Of a stretch of DNA of 64,000 nt, positions 1 through 13,400 are shown in pieces. Each line of letters begins with the position of its first letter. The first letter of the stretch is position 1. Under the pieces are notes generated by a model. The model was not told the origin of the DNA. It made no database searches and saw only the letters and a list, made by a program, of their open reading frames with translations. Location: the NCBI GenBank assembly GCA_043228905.1, contig JBHGNT010000002.1, positions 10,354,001-10,418,000 on the forward strand, in the 5' to 3' direction. A program made the translations under genes and the position numbers. This DNA comes from Azolla caroliniana (taxonomy: Eukaryota; Plantae; Polypodiophyta).

Positions 1-1033
1 AATAACTATAACCATTTGCATGATCACATAAATCATGTTGCCTTTTTATGTTCCTCTATAAAAACAAGAGGAACATAAGGGTTTCTCACAATTCTCACCA
101 CAAAAAGGTTTGGGTTGTAATGTTCTCCATCATGGGCAAGACTTTGATAAACCCTCCCAACCCCACCCCAATAATAGTGATATCAACAAACATCAAATTC
201 ATACATGATTTCTAAATCCCAAGTGTTTGTGTGCACATTTGGGAACGGTTTCTGGGTAAGATCGTGAGCTTCATTATATATTTCCATACCCGCTCCACAC
301 TCTCATTGAGCACTGATGAAGAACCTCATGGGACTGTGTGTGTAAAACAATATTTATTTTTCCACACATGGGGCTATAAATTGATCCCAAATCATTTGTA
401 CAACCCAAATTATTAAGTTGGGACGATATCACAATCTGCCAATTGTCATGGCAAATTTGTACATGTCAAAACAAGAGCTTCAAGATTGTGCATGTCAATT
501 ACCATGTAACTTTCCGATAGTCAAAAAAATTCTTGAATTGCATTGGGTGCACACTCTCAATTTCTGCATTTCATGTGCTTAGCAATGTCTCCTTCTATGT
601 CCATATATCATATATGTATATGTGACTCGTCTCCACATGTTTGATGCGGTAAGTTTCAAATCATTGTCCATATGCAAACTCGAACATTCTTACTCATCTT
701 TAAACGCGTTGAATTCAAACATAGTCATTGACTCATTTACATATGTTTGATTCCTCGAGCCCAACAAATATTTAATGCAAGAAATCCCGCCTTGGCCAAA
801 AGGCAATTTACACAATTAAATGCATTCCCTCAAAGCATGGTGTTCCAAGCCAAGAAGATCTTCAATTGCTTTCATATAATCTCCCATCATGTACATGTGG
901 TCCAACCAAAACGTGAACGGATCACTATTTTTATCCTATATTTTGTATTAGTACATAAGACTAACAACGTACTATTGGTGAGTGTCTTACTATTTTTTAT
1001 TATTGCATTTGTAGATGAGATGGACAATGTACT

Positions 1034-1295
1034 CAATATGACTCGCGTGGAAGTAAAATAGGAGAGGTTTGGGCCATGTATGATGTGTGAGTAGGAAATG
1101 TGTGAAATGTTGGTAGTTTAGATGGAGATAAGTATGACTATTACCATGGTCACATAAACCACAATATGAGTCTGCGTGGAACTAAAATAGAAGAGGTCTG
1201 GGACATGTAATGATGTGAGTAGGAAGTGTGTGACAAGTTGGTAGTCTAACTCTAGATGGACATAACTATGACTATTTACATGGTCACATAAATCC
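1034..1295. repeat. Diverged tandem duplication, 2 x ~130 bp
   Basis: Unit CAATATGA..GCGTGGAA.TAAAATAG..GAGTAGGAA..TTGGTAGT..CATGGTCACATAAA occurs twice. Confidence 0.8.
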
Positions 1296-2392
1296 TTGTC
1301 CCTATTTTTTAGGTCTTTTAATCCAGTCCGGAACCCTGAAATCAAGAAGATTGACAATAAATATGAATAATCATATAGAAGTGCCATTATAAACATTAAG
1401 ATGGTCTTTGCGAGACCCAGAAGAGTCTTGGGGGGCCCGGAAATCACCGACTGTGGAATACATATACATATAATAGCACAAAGAGGACATACATGCATAC
1501 ATACATACATAACAAGGAAGGATCTGAATCAAGCATGGGACGTATGGATCCAATCTTAAAGCGGCCATAATTTTCTCTCCCATTGGAATATTAAGAACCC
1601 TAAGGTCTAGCAATTAAGTGTTCTGTGGCATAATCGCCGAATACAATACATCCATACAAATTAATCGTCGTCTTGAAGATGTCCCATCGATTGGAATAAC
1701 CGCTCCTCCTTAACGATTTGACAAGTGAATAGAAGATATATAGATACATATACATACATATTAAGTGAATAGATGTACATAGATAGATACATGCATCACT
1801 TCCAAAGTTGGGGGTGGGTGGACAAATATAATTTATTAATGGCAAAATCTGAACTCAAGTCTCATGCAATGAATCGAAAGCACAGACAGCTCTTCATATT
1901 AACAAAAAGAAGGAAAAATGTGCGTCTGAAGGCTTAGATGAGATGACTCCTTTGTTCCTAACTTATTATTGAAAGGATAGATAGATAGAAGACACAACCA
2001 ATATGACCCAAGCATCACCTTCACAAATTTTATTGCATTGCATGCCTCCAAAGGCCCAAACTGTTATTTCATATGCCTTCTTGTGTCGAGGGCTCCAAAA
2101 AAAAACAGTAAATGTCAAGGCGGCAAATTTCACATTCCATCCCATTTTTAATCATCCAAAAGTCTACTGATTCGATTGCACGCAACATAATGAATGCTCA
2201 ATGATGGGCATGTGAACTGATGACATACATTGTTATATGTATATGTATGTATATATGTAGATATATATCCTATGGAATGATCCAGAGGGAGAGACAGACA
2301 GACACACTTAAAATTACATATTGACAATGGGATTTGGCATAAATTCTCTGTAGTTTTGGGTCGTCTCTGCTCACTACATATTATATATATGA

Positions 2393-2411
2393 GATTGAGA
2401 TTGAGAGGGAG

Positions 2412-2449
<38 letters not shown>
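2393..2449. repeat. (GA)n microsatellite just 3' of the bHLH stop
   Basis: Direct reading. Confidence 0.9.
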
Positions 2450-2453
<4 letters not shown>

Positions 2454-2467
2454 CCCTAAACTGAGAC

Positions 2468-3589
2468 CTAGAATTGACATAATTCATGGGCCAAGCAGCT
2501 GAGAGCTTCCACTTGGATCTGAAGAGAGACGATGTAATGGGCAGCTTCTTCCAAGAGCTTGGCCATCTCCATCTCATGCCCTCCTGGAATTATCCCCCGA
2601 AACCTTGAAATTTGCCCATGATTAGCTTCAATGTCATCATCGTCATAATTAGCTGCTATTTCGCTACGATCTTTAGAACTGCATTCTTTGGGAGCTCTTC
2701 TAGATCCTTCCAGCACCAATGGAGGCCCTGGATGAAAGCCCATTTTCCTTCGACCATTGGCATACCTTGGCCGTCTTTGGGAAAAGACTGCGCATGGCTT
2801 CTTCTCCAAGTCCAACCGAAGGCTTGGTGGGGCGTGATTCTTAATGATTCTGGATAGACTGCCACTTGGCCTTAATCGGATGATGTGGTGAGTGGCGATG
2901 GATGGTGGGTTGAGATTTGCGAATGGCCCGGTGTGATGAGGAGGAGCACATGATCCAGTCGGAAAAGCGCCTCCTGGTCGGGACGTGTGAGAAGGGCATG
3001 ATCGAGTATAATTATTAGCACATGATTGGGGGGGATTAGCTCTAGGTTGAAGGGCGTTTGTGGTAGGTAGAGAGTGATTAGAGCTTGATCCAGTGAGAGT
3101 ATCCCGTGATGGAGGGGGATTAGCGCATGATAGCAACGATTTCGCGGCGGACAGAGAGTTTTGAATGGGGTTAAATTGGATCTGATGGGGATGGGCGGCG
3201 CTCTTCGGTAATGGTGATGGTGATGGTGATGGTGATGGTGTTGATGGTGTTGATGGTGATGGTGGTGAGGAGGAGGAGGAGGCGGTTAGTGGCGTAGAAT
3301 TAATAGTCACGTAAAGATCGTATGCGATGATATGGAGATTCGATTCAGGGAGGTGGCGGAGGAGGCGGCGGCAGAGGTGCAGAGCTTTGGAATAGGAGGA
3401 GGAGAAGGAGGTAGGATGATGATGATGATGTTGATGATGATGATGGAGGAGGTGGTGGAGGAGGAGGGGACGAGAAAGGCGGCGTCTTCGGCGGCGGGAG
3501 AAGAAGGAATGGTGGTTGTGGTTGTGGAGCTGTGGCGGCTTTCTGCTTCTTGTGGGGCTGTGGCGGCGCCGCCGCCGGGCGGGGGCCAT
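2468..3589 (-). CDS. Atypical (non-DNA-binding type) bHLH protein, IBH1/AIF-like, intronless, 373 aa
   Basis: C-terminal FRGIIPGGHEMEMAKLLEEAAHYIVSLQIQVEALSCLAHEL fits the IBH1-type HLH pattern (LxxLVPGG-x-ME-xx-L-EE-xA-HYI-xL-xxQV). The region before helix 1 is acidic (YDDDDIEA). The long N-terminus is R/H/S/P-rich low complexity. (TA)n/TATA-like run upstream at ~3742-3770. Confidence 0.8.
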   Translation of the reverse strand: MAPARRRRRHSPTRSRKPPQLHNHNHHSFFSRRRRRRLSRPLLLHHLLHHHHQHHHHHPTSFSSSYSKALHLCRRLLRHLPESNLHIIAYDLYVTINSTPLTASSSSSPPSPSTPSTPSPSPSPSPLPKSAAHPHQIQFNPIQNSLSAAKSLLSCANPPPSRDTLTGSSSNHSLPTTNALQPRANPPQSCANNYTRSCPSHTSRPGGAFPTGSCAPPHHTGPFANLNPPSIATHHIIRLRPSGSLSRIIKNHAPPSLRLDLEKKPCAVFSQRRPRYANGRRKMGFHPGPPLVLEGSRRAPKECSSKDRSEIAANYDDDDIEANHGQISRFRGIIPGGHEMEMAKLLEEAAHYIVSLQIQVEALSCLAHELCQF

Positions 3590-3737
3590 TCTCTTCCTCT
3601 TCCTCTTCCTCTTCCTCGTCAGTAGAAGAAGGCTGCTTCTAAAGAGCGGCTGCTGCTGCTGCTGGTATATATATATATGTATGTATGTATGTGTGCTCTT
3701 ATGCTCTCAGTCTCACTCTGAGATGAGCTGCTGCACG

Positions 3738-3741
<4 letters not shown>

Positions 3742-3772
<31 letters not shown>

Positions 3773-4097
3773 AATAGTCAGTCAGTAGAAGAAGAAGAAG
3801 AAGAAGAAGAAGAAGAAGAGGAGGAAGAAGGCGAAGAAATGTATATGATATGTATATGAATGACAATATGTTGTATGGGGATTATTTATTTAGTCTGTGT
3901 TATATCTTCATATATTATGCATATATATGTACATATATATATATATATATATAGATATAAGTTTATAACATACATACACATACACATACCTACTTTTTGT
4001 ATTTCTACGTGTGTATAAATTATTTATAATATGTAATAATAATAATAGTCGAGTAGTGGGCGGGGGGTGGCAACAGCTCACATGAGTGTGTGTGCGT

Positions 4098-4149
<52 letters not shown>

Positions 4150-4190
4150 GAGAGACAGACAGAGAGACAGAGAGAGACAGAGAGAGACAT
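3742..4190 (-). promoter_or_regulatory. Microsatellite-rich proximal promoter of the bHLH gene: (TA)n, (GAA)n, (GT)n, (GA)n, with CACATG and CGTGTG motifs
   Basis: Directly upstream of the ATG at 3589. CGTGTG at ~4008 and ~4099, CACATG at ~4079. Function is inferred. Confidence 0.45.
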
Positions 4191-7086
4191 GAGATTCCCA
4201 CACCTCCCTGTTCATTCATTCATTCATTCCTTCCGCCCAAATACATATATGTAACATACCTACCTACCTACCTGTTCCTTGCTGATCTCACTTAAACAAC
4301 ATAAGACTTTTACCATTACCAATTCTTATGAAGGAAGCAAGCTTTTTTGGCTTGAGCAAAACCATGCCAACACATATGTATCCCCATGATGATGCATCCA
4401 ATTCAATCCAATCCAATGCCGCCTCGACCTCAGTTTTCTAACCCATCCATCATGTGAGGAACACCCATATTACGTTAAGATGTAAACCTTGACAAGTGTG
4501 TAATTTGTTCCTTCATATGTTTCTCACCCCCCTCACATTCAATATTACAGAAATCGTTTCATTGCTTTCGTAGACAACCAAAGAAGTGGCTATTAACAAG
4601 ACATTATACCATTTCAAAACACAATGTGGGCTCACCCGCTACCTTCATTCATCTTATAGGACACTTTAGATATTGCACCGATTAGGTGCGGCGTATTATT
4701 TTTTATATCGAGTAAAGACCTTGTCTTATGATAATCATCACTCCTTGTGCGTGACAACCTTGATTTTGTGTGTTGAGGTTTATTGTAAATAGATATACTT
4801 CATCTTTTGTAGATGGAAATCATGAGCATGGCTTGACAATTCACTTTCCCACAAAAGATCGATTTATTTCACAAAAACATAGGTTATAAGGTCTCTTCAG
4901 TACCAAGAAGACCTAAGCACAATGCACATTTGTGTTTACTTCTATTTTTGTGTTGAGAGGCACCACAATTGGTTTACGGTTGTTTATTTGAAGAGATAGA
5001 GATCGTATAGGTGTGGAAGGTAGCTTTCTCACTTAAAGAAAGGGAGCTTCCTGTTGTCATCAAGATTACACAATAGCTGACATATTGGGATAGTTTTGAA
5101 TATCATCTAATGACGATATTTTTCACTACAACATTGCACAATGCTAAGGGACATTTTTAGCGGCCATGAAATCAGCGTTCCTGTTGCCAAAAATGATCCA
5201 TGTATCATGTACAAATTGTTATTTGAAACATTACGGATATGATTAAGGTTAAGAATGGCACGAAATGGGATCGGTTGCATCGACACAACCTCGATTTTGC
5301 TACATTGCATTGAAAAGCGGTTTTAAAATTTTATTAAACTGGCGACTTATGTATCATTGAAGATCATAGTAACTTTACCTTAATTATATGATGATAGCCC
5401 ATGAAGGTTAGAGTGAGGATTGTTCTAATCTATGTGATATTATATTATAGCATGATGAGTCTCTTCGGCAAAGTAGCTTCCATATTTGATATTTGAGGTT
5501 GCTCCATATTGGAAACCGAAACCTTTGGACCACATCGTTGCTGAGCAATTGAATATATCTTAACTTTCAACTCAAAAGAATGACAAATCAAATATGCTCT
5601 ATTTGTTTCCTTACATAGAAATATGTTTGCCATCTACTCCCCACAAGGTTTCATTGGACAATGATATGACACATTGTTTGTCCTTAGATACTTCCATTTA
5701 TCTTATAGGATACTTCCTCAAGATTAGATTTTATTGTTCCCCCGGATTAAATTTCAATAACTTCCAACAACTCTTTGTTCTGTTCATGACCCATGACCCA
5801 CAAAAAGTGCTTTGAGAACCTTTTCTTCGAACAAGGGAAGGGAACCATTTTCTCACCCATCAATTCCGCTATTTTGGTTGGTGAGGAGCTAATCATGCTA
5901 CTTCTTTTCTTCCTAAAAGAAGAATGCAATTCTTTTCTTTAATGTAGATTGATGCTTTAAGAATTGGCCTATAGCATAGCTCCTAGAACAACCGATGTGG
6001 GTGACAATGGACAGTATGCAAAGAGAACCATCCCATTCTTTCTGATTGACATATTGATTTTGGTAAAATTATTGGCAAACCGTGTACCGTCCCTACAACA
6101 ACTATTTTTGTCACTTTTGATTAATCATTGAATATCAAGATCACATATATCATAAGGGTGGGTGACCCACAATGACAGGTCTAGATTTATAGTCCCCAAG
6201 GAATGTGAACAAAAAACAATACCCTAGCTACTGTCTATGGATTCGAGCAAAAATCCAAACTTGCTACTACTTTAAAGGTGTTGACTAAAGGTGTGTTAGA
6301 ATGTTTGCATATCAATGGGAACAATCAAATTTTATGCTTTTATGCCCATGACTTCGGTATTCTTTATGCATATGTTCTAAACTTGTGCATGTAAATATTA
6401 CTTTAATAAGTGTATAGAAGATGCCTAAAAAATTGATAATCTAACAAAGTAACACTTTGAACTTCATACTTAGAATTAATATATGTATCAATGTTGATTG
6501 GAGACATCCACGATATATTCAACAAGGTGGTGGAATAATATTGGCATGTCATATGATTGGAAAACTGGGTCACAAAACTTCAATGAATATGGAGGAGGAT
6601 AACCAGATTGTAGTTGAGAGCAAACATTTGGTGTTGTGGCCAAAATTAGATCATTATGTAGTAAGCATACACAAACTCGTTATCATCTGCTTAAGATAAA
6701 AGGATTCATTAAAAAAGTTTTACGAGAAAAGTAGTCTCTTCACACACCATAGTATATTTAGTTCTAAAGCTTGTGTTCTTCATTAGATCAATTGTCTTGG
6801 GCTCAAGCCTCTAAAAGAATAGGATGGGTCTTAGCATCACTGTTAAAACTTGTCATAATTTTTGTTTGCGATATGTGCCCACTAAACTAACCATTTGTGA
6901 TGGAAAAGTAGCTCGATGACATTGATGGTGCCATTTGTTTCACAACAAAATGACTGAAAATGATGCCATCCCCCTTCAAAAGGAAATACCAATATTTCCA
7001 CGTAATCAACCACGCATCTTAATATCCATGTCTTCATATTGTTACATCATTTATCCCACAAGAGATCATACATACACTTATGAGAA

Positions 7087-7445
7087 TTCTTGTTTTGGCA
7101 TAAGAATGGCATGACGACGCCGTAAACCAATAAACACTCAGGACTAAAGCACACATGTTAATATAATATCCATCTCTCTCTAGTAGGACATTGGTTTCAC
7201 ATTGAAAATCACTCATCTTGAAGCGTTTTGGTGTTGATAGGAAAGCATAGGATTGCCATGATGACTTCTTGTTTTGGCATAAGAATGACATGACGACGCC
7301 ATAAACCAATAAACACTCATGACTAAAGCACACATGTTAATATAATATCCATCTCTCTCTAGTAGGACATTAGTTTCACATTGAAAATCACTCATCTTGA
7401 AGCATTTTGGTGTTGATAGGAAAGCATAGGATTGCCATGATGACT
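7087..7445. repeat. Near-identical tandem duplication, 2 x 179 bp
   Basis: TTCTTGTTTTGGCATAAGAATG... starts at 7087 and 7266. It explains the duplicated peptides in ORFs 7034-7333 and 7213-7626. Confidence 0.92.
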
Positions 7446-10400
7446 CCTTAAAACCAATAAACATTAAAAACTTCTTCATGCCTAATTGTTGAGACGTGAC
7501 ATTCCTTTGGGAAGATAAACTATATTTTATCACCGTATGTATGTATGTAATGCTATTACTCAAACTACAAGTAGTAAATTTGATAAAAGTTTGAATGTGA
7601 TGGGTATAATTGAAACTTTCCTTCAAAACATGAATACCCGTGAATCATGATAGGATTATATTTTATCTTTGTATATTTTCGTTGGATTGTCAACATCTTT
7701 TAAAAAAATTCAAACATGTGATTGAGGGTGTTTGTCTACTGGCTTGAGCTCTTTCTTACACGCCACATGGTGTGTTAAAAACTCAATTTCATATAGAACT
7801 ATGCTGAATAAAGCAATTGTACATGTATTGTGACATGTGTATTGTCGATTATGTAATGTGCATGTGATTGTGTACCAGAGGAGATATATTGGCATATATA
7901 CATGTGTGAATGGCATACCCCAATTAGGCTTATTGTTAAGTTACTTGACATCATATGGTATTAAAATTATAAATCCTACTCAATTTGATAAAAAGGACAC
8001 CCAAATACTAAATCATAAATTAGCATGTTGATGACTAAAGATGATCAACACTCAAACATGCTCTGAATAGGTGATGAATTTAATAGAAATGACTTATGTG
8101 ACTTTGAAGTTATGTATTGCACTCATTATTCTTTCTATGTGGCAAAAAGACTTTTTCTTTCATATTTTTAGTCGGTTAGGTAAATTGCTTCTTGCCTTTT
8201 GGGTGTAGTCTTTTCAACCAGATGCGATTGAAGTGCTATTTTCGTGGTCCATTAGTCTAGTTATGAGTTCATGCAAAATATTCATATACAACTAGACAAC
8301 GTTTTGATTACCAATAAAATAAGACAAGGTAAAGAGGAGGGATTTTCATCTTGCAACGTTGTAAATGCACATGAAGTTTGTATTATGGTCTTAGTGGAGA
8401 TAACTTAAGTTGTAAAATGTAAGGATAATGCTCTCCATATTGTGGACCCCATAGTCTAATCTCTATGATCTATCATATTCGAAAAGGAAAGAAACAAATA
8501 CAAGATAAACAATATGCATTTATTTAAGTCTTTTGGCTTAGTACGAACTAATGTAATGCAACATGTGTACTCCAGATTAGTGGATGTAGATATTATAAAC
8601 AAGTTGTAGACTGTAGTATGTACCAAGTGTAAATGTGAAGTGATGTGACATGAATTATTACTCTAATAGATAATCATCATGGTCAAAAAGGTAATACAAT
8701 TAACTATTCACCATTGTGTGTCATTTCTTCCATACATGGCACCGAGATGATCCAACAATATATCTTCAATCCTCGCACGAGCTGAAGATGACTTTCTCTA
8801 AACATCCATGGAGGAGATTTCCCTAGAAGCATACACTATGGGATTTGATTAACCTATGAAAATATCTCCACATTATTTTGATGAATCGCATGCTAGAAGT
8901 CAAGGAATAAGCCATGATGAGATGTCAACTTATTTGTACTTCAATTAAAGGGACGACTAGGTTTATTCCTTTCAAATGCCATATGTATATCCCATCCGAA
9001 TTACAAGTGGTTCAACTAACTCATTGGATTTAGTGTTTCTACTTGCACCACAACACTTGATAGTTTGACAACATTAAGAATCATGATGATTGCATATAGA
9101 TTCTATCGGTTTAGGTAGCACTGGAACTAAAAAATTGGGCTTCAATTCCAGAAATTAAGCATTTGATAACGTCAGGAATAGTGCTCTCCCACTGGTGCAG
9201 AGAGGACACACCTAAAGATGGTCAACACAAGTGGGCATCCAATAACTTTCAATACTTATTAAGTTCTAGCTTGTGGCGAGGTCAATATGAGCTACAAGCA
9301 TACAATATTTGAAGTTGAACAACTACGATTCTAATAAATTTTATGGAATTATTTCTTTCAATAAAATATCTCTCTAGTCAGGGAAAATATAAAAAATCAA
9401 GGTGTCAATGGGCAAGCAATAACTTGTAACATATTCAATTCATATCGTGACATTCATGGATAAAAGTAACACTAACAACTATTTAATTCATATTGTGCTA
9501 ATGATTTCACATCCACTTAGAAATAAATAGCTTACAACCCCATGTCAACAACATAGGATGGCTTGATTCTACTAGAGACTATTACTAACAACTAGGAAGA
9601 ATCTTTCTTAAAAAGAGATACCAATTTGTACCCAACGCCAAGGAAGTCTACTACCCTAGCATAACCGATTTTTGTACATGTAGCACGGAGTGTTTATTAG
9701 TATTATGCATGGGACTAGGCATACAATTCATCTTCTTTTAATCATCGATGCATTCTAGCATATCCATTTATCGTATTGCTATATTAGGTCATCAATGACC
9801 ATTCCTCCAAGTAGCCACATGCCACACAAGGGTTTGAATATGAACAACCTTGCATGTCACCATGCATTGAATGTAAATGGGCCCTTATATATACATTGCA
9901 TGTGTATGTCAAATGCACCTCATTGAGATGAGCATACATTGCTAGTGTGGTACACCAACAGATGCAAACATATGCACATGTAAATGCTCATTTGTACGCA
10001 TGTCTAGTGTGTATGGTATACAACATAGACGCATGATACTTACGAATATATGTTGCTAACTCAAGTATGTATACTGTGTAAGGTAATGATTGGATGCCAT
10101 TATGATGGAAACATATTCAACACAATAGTATGTATCGTTTTAAAAACGTTATGGTTTCATGCATAAGCTCGTAAGACAACGAATACCATTCACATTCACA
10201 TTTTCATCACTACCACACCACCACTTTGTTCCTTTGCAAATATGACTTGATATGCTTCACAAGCCCAATCATGATAGACATTGGCACATGGTATTTGGAT
10301 ACAAGTAGCAAAGCGAATAGAGGTGGGCCTAGTATCATACAACCCAAAGCACAAATTATAAGTACAATATGTGGACAGGGCATACATAAAGGTTTATCGT

Positions 10401-13400
10401 TAGAATCCTCATTAAATCCTTGTTACTCAAGCTTTACTTATTACACGAACACTGGAGCACTTCTACACTGTGGGTTCACTATAGCACTCCACGCAACATA
10501 CTCATACACATTCATTCTACTGTATTTGAGAGACGATGCATAGAGTGCTTATTCCGAAGGGGCCTGCAATGAAATGGCCTAGGATAGGAGCTCACAAAGT
10601 GGTGGTGGTAGTTAGGCAATTGAAAGCTCACTTCACATGGGGGGGTGGTTAAAACAGAAAAAAGTAATGACTTGTGAGTTTCAAATCAAGTGGCACGTGC
10701 GGATATGAGAAGGTACGTGCTGTGCTCAGAAATTTTCACATGACATCACACACACACACACACACACACACACAAATATTATATTCAAATTTAGTGCTTA
10801 GCTATTATATCCATTTGTATGTTCTGTCTTTTTTTGGGCGCACATGGGAGCACATGCACGCCCATGTGAGCTCCTAAAATTTCTCTCAAGAATTTGTACG
10901 GAAGGCCCATCCTCACACTTGTCCGGACATAAAAAAGAAAAGGAGCCTTTACCTATCCACCCTATATAATATATTCTTTCTTTCTTCTTTCTTTTTGCCA
11001 TCATTGCATTACATTGCAAACTTATCTCCATTCACCCCCATCACCCCACTTGCCCTCATAGAAAAAACTATTGCTTCTGACAACATTGTTTCTTCTGCTC
11101 GCAACTTGCTCCGTCCCGATGCGTACATGTACATACACACATGCACATGCACATGCACTCTACAATCATCATGCCCATAGTCGTCTCACTTTCCTATCAT
11201 TCACCTCCATGCTTCTGGTAATGATTATGTTTCCCAAGTCATCTTGGCGTTGTGAAGGAGATTTCACATAAAGTCCTCTTGCCATTTGGCCATGGTTGTA
11301 ACTTGTGGGTAACATGCCAAGATATTTTGCTTTCTATTAATATGTAACTCCAATCATTTTTGGCCAACACATGTCCAACAAACAAATTTGGACCTATAGT
11401 ATTGAAATCTAGTGGCAACTTTCACAACTCCTGCATGATGGTCATGTAGAATAATTGATTGCCATCAATTAGTGTCAAAAGAAGCTGCACTTTTTTATGA
11501 TTGGAGTTCCGAAACTTCTATGTCAACTAAAAATAAAATTTCTAAAGCAAAAGGTATGTTTTATTCACCAACAAATAGGAGCAAGAAACCTTAGCTAACT
11601 AGTTTATTGTGCATCTTGCTAATCTAAACTAAGTCTTGCATAGATAAATGACCAAGGTGGCCTATAAATATTCATCTTGTATGCAATGTAAACATCTCAC
11701 TAAAGTTAACGCCTCTCATATTACCTCATGTGGGTCAACTCCTCAATTAGTTTAGAGTGTACAAGTGATCTTTTGGTGTTTGATGTCAGTTTATAAACTA
11801 GAAACAAGTTCACATCATTTTTAAAAAGAAAACCTTTATTGCTCCTAGAAAGTTATGCGGCCTCGACAATCTCTCTCTAGCCACATGCACATCATATCAT
11901 TGACATATCATGACCCTTCTATCATCATATCTCTTTGCCACTCATGCCATTTCCACACCCTTCCTTCATCAACGAAACTTTTTACTTTTCAAGACCAAAG
12001 TAGGTAGCCACTCATTGTCCTATGATACTGTTCCCACCCTATGTTTACACACATCCACTTAAGTAAATCTCTTTAAAAGTTCTCTAGTTGTCATGATCAT
12101 TGAAATCATGTCAATTAGGACAACTATACTAGAATTTCGTTCGCACAACCTCAGGTGACTCACTTTCCATTTCACAGGGGCTAAATCGAAACCTCACATG
12201 CAAGCCATACAGAATATCATTTTCAATCAACATCCTTGCATTATGTGGTTTAAGCATTCACTTACCATTGTCCTCCTTACTGTAAACAAGGCATAGAAAA
12301 ATCAAGAGGAAGATATGACAAATGTGTAGTATTTTCAAATTGTACATGCACTACAACCAACAAGATAAGGTTGGTACATATAAGTAGTGCATGAGCGAGT
12401 TACAAAGGTAAAGCCCTAACATTTATGCCAAATAAAATGTTTTGTTTATAGTGTTGTACAATCCTTCCATCTTCCCTTATTTAAGAAGCATATCAAAGAC
12501 TTTGGTAGGAGTAAAGAGATATATTTAAGTTCCATGTGCAAGCAAAAAGATGATTGTGTGTGTGTATTATGGGGACCACATATACATGTGTTTGCATGCA
12601 TACATGTGTGGCTGAGTGTGTGCTCATCATCTACTCTGGACTTTTCTTACATCAAATTAACCAAATTTGTACAGCCTTGGTCATAATTCTAGAAGTTCTT
12701 TTGGCGTTTATGTGTTTTACCATGGGAACTTGAGCCCTGTGTCATTTTTTTGCATTGATCCAATATTGGGATGTATGGACACCCTAGTCTATTCATAACA
12801 ACTAGAGACGTGTGTAATCAACTTCCGATCCATATGGATTATGGAGGCTTTGGCGCTCGGTATTACGTCTATCATATATTGATGGGCATATTTATGTCTC
12901 ATTTTTTTGAAAGTTTTGAATTTGACATGGTGTAAATATTTACGTTTTCATGCCGTATTGAGGTTCCAAAGTAATAAAGGTGTATTGTTGGAAATGTTGT
13001 GTGTGCATGTTATGTGGATCTTAAACACATGCTTTGCACATTTTAATGCTAGTATGCGTGATTTCTAGGCTAGCTTAAAAAAAGACGACCAAACGAAGTA
13101 TCTTTCTAGGCCAACAACTCTAATTTTAGTTGATTTTTTGTTAAACAAATATTCAGAGAGGTGATGAGAAACATTAATTTGTATCACACACAACCAATAT
13201 GTGTTATTACTTTATTCATCACCATTAAAATCTGAGAAGTAAATTTGGGATCAAAATCCTAAAAAACTACCCCATCTCAATCCTCGTGTAATAAACACGA
13301 ATGGATATCATTTATGTCAACATCCACATAGCGACTACTTGGTTTGACCTACTCTTAACTTTTTTCTAAGATAGTGTAAAATTGATTGTGGAACTCATTC

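Noticed and set aside
1-1030. DNA transposon end or gene fragment
   Set aside because: No supportable motif or terminus within the window.
3332-4219. ORFs overlapping or upstream of the bHLH gene, including possible SAC51-type uORFs
   Set aside because: Antisense or microsatellite translations; no conserved uORF peptide recognised.
4300-10500. Short ORFs and possible DNA-transposon relics
   Set aside because: No domain motif, TIR or TSD could be established by eye.
10585-10876. MITE defined by a 12-bp inverted repeat with TA ends
   Set aside because: The repeat is short, partly self-palindromic (GAGCTC), matches no TIR family I recognise, and has no second copy here.
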